DNA of 63,628 nt, filler included, from Collodictyon triciliatum (Eukaryota), in the NCBI GenBank assembly GCA_043381765.1. It is 12 parts of 12 records of this genome, joined end to end, with 100 filler letters (N's around TTAATTAATTAA, not from the genome) between each part and the next. Parts side by side here need not be neighbours in the genome. Positions count along the whole stretch, not along the records: positions 51,053 to 56,564 come from JBHJMP010005113.1; positions 56,665 to 62,232 come from JBHJMP010005115.1; positions 62,333 to 63,628 come from JBHJMP010005148.1; 9 more parts are not named here. One strand, written 5' to 3'. The notes under the pieces were generated by a model that was not told where the DNA came from, did not search any database, and saw nothing but the letters and a program-made list of their open reading frames with translations. The position numbers and the translations under genes are program-made. Of the stretch, positions 54,001 through 63,628 are shown one piece after another; position 1 is the stretch's first letter; the number at the start of each line of letters is the position of its first letter.

Positions 54001-56349
54001 TGAAAGGGTAGTATACGAAAATATAACTGATTGGAGTCAGGTAGAAGAACCAGAAAATATCGACGGTGCTCCGTTAGTATCGACGTTGCATCAAATCGCA
54101 TACCTGAAGGCTCGGCTTCATATATATGCTTCGGAATTGGTACACACATTCCAACTGGGCAATACTATGGATACAAAGTCAATCGAAGATGTATGCAACC
54201 TATTGGAACGCTTCCCTGAGTTGACCATGAATGGAGTCTGCTACTTGGTTAAATGTGTTGAAATGAATGTTGGAACTATGGTTGCTTACGATTACCTCAC
54301 AAAGAAGAGCCTTGGTCAAATAAGGACATGGTTCTTGAGATTTATTGGAACAGAACACACAGATAACCAAGCAACCCTGAACGTGCTTCCTTTACATCTA
54401 AAATCTTCTGTAGAAACTGTCAATATTATTTCCTCAATTTCGAGACTGATAATTGAAATCGGTAAAGGCTCAGCAGAAGCGAAGGCAGGTTTTGGAAAAA
54501 TAAAAGCTGAGAGAAAGATACCTGGTCTGTCATTCCCTCTGATTTTCTCAGGAGCACTTTTTGAAATCAAATTCAATGTAACCCACGCGATGCTTTCATC
54601 AATACTATCTGTTTTCAAAGAGGAAATTAGATTAAATACTGTCGAGGAAAAAATCGTCGCCAATCTCTTATGCCCTCCTCAGACTATTTCTTCGTATCAA
54701 CTCCTTCAATCTCCCGCCGATATCGGTCTTGACACAAACTTCAAGATATCATTCGTTGTTCGCTATCTTTTGCTTAGCTTGACTAAGGCAGAATGGCCAT
54801 TGAGGGTTATATTCTCGAAGCCGCGGGAATCCCAAAACTTGTTCATTCCGACCATGCCGGACGACCCAAGAAAGATCGAAATCAGTAAGTTTGTCCTGTA
54901 TTCGCATTTTCTATGTACAAAGTAAAGTTATTTGTCCTAACCACTGAATGATTAGCCAAAATGATAAATGCCGGATTGGGAGCATATTTGTGTGATAATG
55001 GTCACCTTTATGAAATACCTCCGTGTACCTGGCCTGTGGAAATCGGAAAATGTGTTAATTGTACAGCCAAGATTGGTGGATTAAATCATATTGCGGTAGC
55101 TCAATTATATTCAAAATCGCAATATTTTTGATTGACATGTTAAATTTTATGAAGGATAAGCAACAAACCCGCCATATATTTAATTATATAGGTACCAGGA
55201 AATGTTCGTGTGTTTATCGATGCCAACGGTCAGATAAAGCCAAATGAATCCAGGTTGGCTCCTATTATTCTTATTTTAATACATATATACTAACTTTCAC
55301 ATGGATGTATTTAAATTAGGGCAAAAACGAGATATTTGAAGGATGTCATTGAATATACGCCAAAAGGATACGAGGTATCAGACTAATGATTAAATGATTA
55401 GACTTTTTCTGTAATTTTTAGAATGAATAACATTAACTAATTTATACAGCCCGTCACCAGTCATGACGCAATGACCGAGAGAAATATGAATCAAAGGCAC
55501 TACCGAGTGCTTAGGATTCTTATTCATACGTCGTATATCCTATCATCCATCAGCGAAAATGCAGATGTTTGTTTAACTACATATTTGATGAATATCAATA
55601 TAATACATATATATGGATTATTATTATTTGCTCTTATAAACCTCCATTTAATGAATTTAGTTTTCTAAAATCCCTGAACAACCGGCCCACGAGTTCTTTT
55701 GGAGAAATTATTCAAGCGATTGGGAATTTTTGAAGACGTCCCTCAATCTTAATGACCAACAATTATTTTATGCGCTCATAGGACTACTGGATACTCTATC
55801 AGGTTTTTTTCCCTATGCTATATGAAGAGAAGAAAAAAACCATCCTAGTACCCATTTGAAAACTATTAATGCCTTATTGAATTTAAAGACTGGTGCAAAA
55901 TACTAAATATTAATGAACTTCCAGAATCTCAATTACCTCCAGCCTCCTTGTCAACGATTGAGGGAAGAGACAAGTGGGAAAGGGATATTTCTGGTGTAGT
56001 GAACGGATGGTTTGGTAGAATCTCGTCGATTGTGGCCACAAAGGTACATAAACTTTGAATAATATTTATTTAAGTGTATCTTAACAAGAACTAAAACTCA
56101 AAAAAAAAAATAGGCAAAAGAAGCTGAAGTGGAGGCTGGCGTCAATTTTTTGGAAAGGAAAATCACAGAAACATACGACAAGGGAAAGGAAGAATCCCGC
56201 GCGATTTTCATGCCCTGTTTATTCAATCCCATGGTTAAGGTCACTAAAAGATTAGTGGTCACTTCGTTTGTATCTGAAGAGTCCAATAAGAGAAAGGCAC
56301 ACTTAATTGATGTGATATTCAGTCACCTTGAAAAGATAAAGCCTTTGAG
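51053..56349 (+). CDS. RNF213 (mysterin)-like AAA+/E3 ligase, internal fragment including the RZ zinc finger
   Basis: VNPSFKCIVIA...PPPFLNRFEKQ (AAA end); FPFSYLI; FIPTMPDD; exon 54956-55095 CDNGH..IPPC..C..C..IGGLNH; YRVLRILIH. Confidence 0.82.
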
Positions 56350-56687
56350 GTATGACATCCATTGTGACATATATTTATCTTTGTTTTTCTTTTTTCGTTT
56401 TCTTTGTTTTCTTTGTTTTCTTTTCTTTTCTTTTTTTCTTTTTTCTTTTTCTTTTCTTTTTCTTTTCTTTTTCTTTTCTTTTTCTTTTCTTTTTCTTTGT
56501 TCATTTTCTTTTTTTTTGTTTTCTTTTTTTTTTGTTATCTTTTTTGTTTTCTTTTCTTTTTTTTNNNNNNNNNNNNNNNNNNNNNNNNNNNNNNNNNNNN
56601 NNNNNNNNTTAATTAATTAANNNNNNNNNNNNNNNNNNNNNNNNNNNNNNNNNNNNNNNNNNNNAAAAAAAAAAAAAANNNNNNNNN

Positions 56688-56754
<67 letters not shown>

Positions 56755-56866
56755 GGAAGAAAAATAAAGAAGGACATCTCACGAAAATTGGGGGTATAAA
56801 CTAAAAAGAAGAGAAACTAAATGCCAGGGACAGAAGAGGAAAGAGAGAAGACAGGCAGGAAAGCAT

Positions 56867-59800
56867 ATGTACGGCCGATCAGTCACGCTTTCGGGCGAAA
56901 CAGTTGCCCGCAATGGTCTGATGACTGCGCAAGACATACATCAGGTTAATCTCTACAATAGAAAGGCTTTTCCTTTTTTTCCTCTTTTCCTCACGCAACG
57001 AGTCCCTCTTAGAAACCTTCTCTAATCTCGTTGAATACTGCAAAGCTGCGCGAGTGCTTCTACGAGATGGAAGAGAAAGCCCAGAGGACCATAGCAAGCA
57101 AAAACAAGCACGTAATAAAGACCCGTCCAACTGATTCCATTCTTTTTTTTATTCAACAAGACAGAGTTCATAAAACATATCTCCCATGAAAAAAAAATAA
57201 TCATAGTATTCCGAGTTGAAAGCTCTTTTTATGCTCTCTTTTTTTGAACGTAGTGTTATGATTATTTCTTTATTTCTTTATTTCTTTATTTCTTTATTTC
57301 TTTATTTCTTTATTTCTTTATTTCTTTATTTCTTTATATAATTTTCTGCTTACGTGCACGGGTCTGGTATTTTTTTTTTTTTGTTAGGTTCAAGATTTAG
57401 AAGCTGAACTTCAAGAGCTAAAAGAAGCGTTCGAGCAAAAGTCTCGGCAAGGATATGCTCTGTCCAAAGATATCAGTGGCGCTAAGCAAAAGTTGAAAGT
57501 GGTACGCATTTTTTTAATTGAAATGCATCTAGTCATTGAATACCTACCAACTTGTGCACAATATGATATTCATTCTTTTGTAGTGCATGTAAATAGAAGA
57601 AATTCATATTTTTTTCATATACCTTGTTGTCATGTACCCTTAAAATAAAATAAAATAAAATAAAAACAGTACCTTACAAATCAAATTGCAATTTACAGTC
57701 CATGAATAATGAATTAAATTGCCCTTATCCGATTACATGACTCTCTTCAACAAGTATGGAGCCTCGTCACCAAACGATGATCTACTTGATATGATTGACT
57801 TGTACCACCAAATGGCGACAGAGCAGCTCAAAAGTAAATCTGAAGACATGGCACAACTGGAGGGCAGATTGGCTCAGGTATCCTATAATGAATATTTTCT
57901 TCGATAAGTTAAATGAAGGCCCACATCGCCGTGAATTGGCATACCTCATATGATAAAGCAATCATATTAAATTAATCAACAATCATATCTGATATATACC
58001 CTTAAATGGCCGGAATATGCCCACAAATTCGATGAGGTTAGATAGAGAATGACAAACTAGCTCTAAGAATTCACATGGAAAAATACAACCGAGCCATTGA
58101 AGAAATGAAAGATATTATTCTTGAACGAGGATTTGAAGGGGTATGGTGTCCAATTTTTTTTCTTGGTATTTAATATTTTTCGTCCAAAGCTCTATTGTGT
58201 TTGTGTTTGGAATGGACAAGAATTGCTTAATTATTCATCTATTTCCTACCACTCTAATAAAATCCTTTCTCACACTCACTTAATTAATCGCATAGCCGAA
58301 TGACAGAGAACGCAGCTTGCTTGAATTACTGGAGAAGAGGATTAATTTTGAAATCCAGCAAATAGATGAAAAGGAGGATATAATCCATCGAAAGGGTGCA
58401 CAACTAAATGAACTCCAGGTTTAGTTATTGTGCTTTAAAGTGAAACTGTACATAATTCATTACCTAAAATATCTGGAAAGAGTTTTTTTTTTTTTTTTTT
58501 TTCAGGCCCAGAGTGTTTTTGGCTAGGACTATTTTGAATTAAATGGCAATGTTCTTCTGATAAATATTTTACTCTTATTTAATTTATCTAATTCACATAG
58601 CTGACTCTTCAAGAGAAAGTAAAGCACATTCAAATATTACAACTCGAGCGCAAAGATGCAATTGAAAGAATACGAGGAGCGAAGGATATGATTATAAAAA
58701 CTAAAATATATGAGAGGTTCCGATTCTCCTTGAAATCACACGTGAGATATAAATCTATTCTATGTATGTGATGCTAATGTAGTTTTGTGGAATACTATTA
58801 TAAATTATACAAATTTGAAATTATAATTTCTCACAATAAATCCAGGAAAACAGTGGAGACCTGGATATAATGACCTTAATTGAGTCGTTGGACAGCGATT
58901 TGATGTCTGAGCTTAATGCATGTGACGATGAAGTGAATGACGTACGAAAAAGACTTACCTCGGTTGAAAGCACCGTCGTAGATAAAACGACGGAAATCGA
59001 AAAACTTAAAAAGGATTTAAAGCAACTTCAAGATGAAAAGTACAGCTGTGCTTATTTTTACCTATCTATTTAATTTAATAAATAAATTTGTGGACAAATC
59101 CTCGTAATTCACTCTACTGGGCAGAATTATATTATTCTTTTATCTATCCAAACTGCCACAGAAAGCTCACTATTCTCAGAACCATGAAACTAGAATCTTA
59201 TTATTAGAGAGTCAAAAGTCCAGGAAATCAGCCGGATGAATGACCAACTGAAGATGCAAACGGCTGCAGTAAGAAGAAAGATAGAACAGCTGGAAGCCAA
59301 GGATAAAGAAATTGAAGAACTTAAGAAATCCACCATAACGATGGAAACTGAAATAGAAGAAAAAGTAGCACGATTATTCGATTGGCTTTGTTTTATATGT
59401 TTTTGGTTTTACTATGATATAGTAGTGCATATTATATGATATTTTATATATTCAATATAGACTAGAGAAACAGAGCAAATGGAAAGAGAGATAGCACATC
59501 GTGAGTCCAGCATTGTTTCTTTACAGGAGCAGGTTCAAGAATCACAACAACACGTTGGCGAGAAGGTCTTGATTCAAAATCAATTATATTCATATGTCTA
59601 ACCAAACCAAGTGTTTATCGTTCATATGGCATTCATCACTTTTATTGCGCAGTTCATTTTCTTCACTCGTGAATCATGCTGGTTTGTGTGTATGAGTGTG
59701 ATTTACCAATTCATTTGGGTAATCTTGTCCAGGTTGTCATGCTGACAGCATTATTAGAGAAAATGCAATCTGCCAGAGAAGATTTTGAGATTCTCGATGA

Positions 59801-60906
59801 ACAAATTGAGGAAATCGACACTCAACTTGAAAAAATACAAGCTGCTCGACTTTCTACTGAAGAGCACATGCGTAGAATCCGAAAGGAGGAAGAGCACATG
59901 GTACTGATATACCCATATTTACTTGTTAAAGAGCCCCTTTATTTTGTTTGTTGGCTCTAAATGCATATGAATCCTCGGTTGGATTGAGTGAATTTTAAAT
60001 AACGATCATGTTAGGATATTGATTTGTTGTTTGATATGAAAACTTAGAGTACCCGAAGTACTGTGAGAGGATACGAGAATGAGATACCACACTCGAGGAC
60101 ACCTGCTCGTACACAGGAGCGCACATATGTAACTATACACCGATTGTTGATATCAACAGAGAATCTCAATCGTATTGGCTTTTTTTTTTTTTTTTTTTTT
60201 TTTGCTCGTGATTACAGAGATTTCCATTCCTTTATTTATCATTCTTTTCGTGCTTCAGGCGGACGACGAATTAAATGTGCTTTTCAAGACAGCAAAGAAA
60301 AGTTTACATGAACTAGGAGAAAAAGCCAGTATAAGCGTGGTTAGCATCCGGTCCAAGGTGAGAATAGTATATATTCATATGCTTATCGTATATGCTTGTT
60401 CATTCCCAACTAATTGTGGGTGGATGTTTGGATGAACCGCAAGCTTATTGTCTCCTTTCTTTAATTTTTCTCATATCTGTTTTACTACTGAAATGCTGAA
60501 AGTATTTATATGTCAGTTTATAGTGCCCTCTAATTGGCTTTGTTTCTGTTTTTCTCCCTCCCTTTGCATATACACATGCCCTTGTGTGTAACAGTCATCT
60601 GCAGATACGTTGTTTCAGGAGCAGATGAGCGTGAGTGGTGCAGAGACCAAGATACGCGAGCAAAAAATCAGCATACTTGCCGATAAGGTAATGCGTTGCG
60701 CCGCCACCTAGAGCTTTACAAAACAATAAGAATGGAATATTGTGTCACTACTGTGAAGATGATGGCCTCTTTAGTACAACTGACACGATGACTTTTTTTT
60801 TCTCACCCAGCTCGGCGTTGTGGAGAAATGCATGAGCGAGATTCTAAACATCCTTGGCCGAAAGCTTCTTTATCAATACCCCAGCACCCGTTCATCACTG
60901 CGATAA
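56867..60906 (+). CDS. Multi-exon long coiled-coil protein of unknown function
   Basis: More than 12 GT-AG bounded E/K/Q/L-rich exons join in frame (VQDLEAELQELKEAFEQK ... LGVVEKCMSEILNILGRK...SLR*). Confidence 0.7.
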
Positions 60907-62133
60907 AATCATCATCATCTGTCGGTACATCGGCATAATTTGCATCATCCTCGCTGTGGCCATCACCCTATCAGTCAACCTATCAACCAGCAGCAGCAGC
61001 TACATCAGAATCGTCCACTCAACCCATTAAACCAAAGAACAGAACAGAACAGAACAGAACCAGCAATCCCTTAGAATCCCCTTATCTGTCCACTCTCAAG
61101 CGCGTGGTTGGGCCTCTAATGCACATAGAAAATCCCATCCGCTACACTGCACTTGTGTATTGTTGCATATTTTAGTTTCGTTTTCGTCATAATTGTCTGG
61201 TATACCTCTTTGGATATTCCTCGGTGACTTGCGGACTCACAACGAACTAGAGACAAACGACTCTATGAGGAGAACCGGAACAGCCAGGGAAATGCCAGAT
61301 AGCCTCGAAGCTACTGAATGAGTTTTACCCAATATGTTGCACTCGACACCGCTCAAACTTATGTGTGCTCTGATAACAATAAGCGACAATTGACCCCTTG
61401 CCTTTCTTTACATCGAACTCAGCTCCAGAAGTTGCAACTCAGCGGCAACGCCATGGCCAAACTCTCGATGCCAACTTCTTTGCTGGTCTCGATCACAGAT
61501 AGCAACCTCACCAGGAACAGACTGAAACCGTTCCTTTGCCAAATCTTTTTGCTTCCTAACATGGTGTCTTAGTCTCTCCGGCAAAATGCCCTGAACTTTG
61601 TTGTATCACGAATATCCGTTCTCTCAAACGCATACAGCCTCAACGTAAGCAAAAAACACAATCCAGTGAATTATACAAGGGGTATATATCTTAGCACGCT
61701 TCCATTTTCTTTCTCTTTGTAACAACTCCATTTAGTATCCAAGAGAGAGGGGTTCATCCATGGTGAATATGGTTACACATTTGCTTGGCAGAAATTGTTC
61801 TTCGTAATTCCTACTGCCATTTCTCCCTTAGACAGGTTGGGATGCTTCAACTAGATGATAATCATATGGCTATTTTATTACACCAACTTATCGAATTAAA
61901 ACGTAAACCCTTCCTATATCTTTAATCAGTACTTTTTTTTATATATATTGAAGGAATCCTCTATATCATTTAATACTCGATTTTAGATATTGATATCAGT
62001 CAACTTTATGACGAGATTTATGTCATATATCACCCAAACACTACTTCAATAGGTTAAATTCCTACCAGAGGGAGTAGGTACCTTGACCCTCTTACAAGAA
62101 CTTGACATAGAAAGGGAAAATAATTTATTTTTA

Positions 62134-62232
62134 TTTTTTTTTTTCCTTTATTCGATTCAAAGTGTAGCGAGGTTATGCCATACAAAGGGGCGGGATGGGA
62201 GCGCATGGGAGAGAGCAAACGCGAGTAGGAGA
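62134..62232 (-). mobile_element. 3' terminus of a second copy of the LINE family, at the contig edge
   Basis: GATGGGAGCGCATGGGAGAGAGCAAACGCGAGTA and TTCCTTTATTCGATTCAAA are shared with 27770-27862; T11 tail on the + strand. Confidence 0.8.
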
Positions 62233-62332
62233 NNNNNNNNNNNNNNNNNNNNNNNNNNNNNNNNNNNNNNNNNNNNTTAATTAATTAANNNNNNNNNNNN
62301 NNNNNNNNNNNNNNNNNNNNNNNNNNNNNNNN

Positions 62333-62570
62333 TTTTGTTTTGTTTTGTTTTGTTTTGTTTTGTTTTGTTTTGTTTTGTTTTGTTTTGTTTTGTTTTGTTT
62401 TGTTTTGTTTTGTTTTGTTTTGTTCTGTTTTGTTTTGTTTTGTTTTGTTTTGTTTTGTTTTGTTTTGTTTTGTTTTGTTTTGTTTTGTTTTGTTTTGTTT
62501 TGTTCTGTTTTGTTCTGTTTTGTTTTGTTATGTTTTGTTATGTTTTGTTATGTTCTGTTTTGTTCTGTTT
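62333..62570. repeat. (TTTTG)n microsatellite; also at 33863-33960
   Basis: Directly visible. Confidence 0.95.
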
Positions 62571-63628
62571 ATTATTCGAATAAAAACAGCGTTATTAAAG
62601 AAAAATGCATTCTGACTGACTGAATCAAGATAAACTGTGAAGTTGCATTAGAAAAGCATTCAAACACACATATGCACCAAGCAGCAGTGTGCTGGATTTT
62701 GCCGCAATGCGGCTCCAGCGAGCGCGCTCCATAAAACCATGAAAAAAAAAATGGACTGAATAGGCAGAGAAGGATTGCGTGTCGTGTTGATTTAGTGTGT
62801 TCATTGTGGCGCATGTTTCTGCTTGGCACCGAGAACACAACTCTGCTTCTTGAGAGATGCTGACTCTGCTTCTTGACAGCTTTATTACACACTGCATTTG
62901 TCCCCTTCAAACTCTTTTATTTCGAACCACGAGACTTCACACGTTTCTTGCCAAACATACGAAAAATAACTACGCCTTGAATCTGTTGCGTCACATAACG
63001 CCTCTTAATTGCGTCACTTTGTGCTTGTTGCTTCCTGGCTAAGATGGAATACTATTTGTGCAAAGATTATGTTATTGATACATATTCTATAAAATATATA
63101 AGTATGAGGGGAATACCAATTAACTTGAATTATATATATTAATTTCCATAAATAGAATTAGATGTTTCTCTCATTTCTGGAAATCAATTGATCTGGCCCG
63201 TTCTTTTTTATAACCTTCCTCCTTACAGGTGCTTGCGAGGTGGGAGGTCTTCGACGTGACAGGGCAGGAAAGGAGCGAGAGGTGAAAAACTCAATTCCAA
63301 CAGGATACTGGTTGGGAATAGCGATAAAACCCAGTATTAGATAACAATGTTTCCCGGCATACTTTTTACTCGGATCAAGTTATCTTTTATTGTGTCTGAT
63401 TTTTATTCCTTTTCTTCTTTTCTTTTTTCTTTTCCTTTTCCTTTTCCTTTTCCTTTTCTTTTTCTTTTTCTTTATCCTCTTCTTTTCCTCTTCTTTTCCT
63501 TTTCCTTTTCCTTTTCCTTTTCCTTTTCCTTTTCCTTTTCCTTTTCCTTTTCCTTTTCCTTTTCTTTTTCTTTTTCTTTTTCTTTTCCTTTTCCTTTTCC
63601 TTTTCTTTTTCTTTTTCTTTTTCTTTTT

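Noticed and set aside
62572-63300. Short ORFs in the last partial contig
   Set aside because: No recognisable product or supportable gene structure

Overview
Eukaryotic, intron-rich, AT-rich DNA read with the standard code. The window is not a contiguous locus: it is 12 unrelated contigs (about 5.5-5.6 kb each, the last truncated) joined by artificial N44-TTAATTAATTAA-N44 spacers, and most contig ends fall in microsatellites or repeats. The organism is probably a flagellated protist (DRC9/IQCG-like and LEKR1-like genes), but it cannot be placed further. Housekeeping-type genes: patatin TAG lipase, TM9SF, mitochondrial phosphate carrier, an IQ coiled-coil protein, an EF-hand/GRAM membrane protein and an IPT/REJ protein. 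The most notable content is a set of sensor- or immunity-like genes: (1) a long LRR array fused to a TRP channel that combines group-1 TRP motifs with a polycystin TOP domain; (2) a secreted or surface LRR receptor with 12 tandem 69-nt, phase-1, one-LRR-per-exon cassettes that vary mainly at ligand-face positions; (3) a protein with near-identical WD40 repeats plus 18 SEL1-like repeats; (4) an RNF213-like giant with an intact RZ finger. Mobile DNA: three 3' ends of one LINE family, including a 25-nt insertion with a perfect 16-bp TSD, and two decayed copies of an ORF1-like element with a PIP-box motif. All family assignments come from motif recognition by eye, not from database searches.
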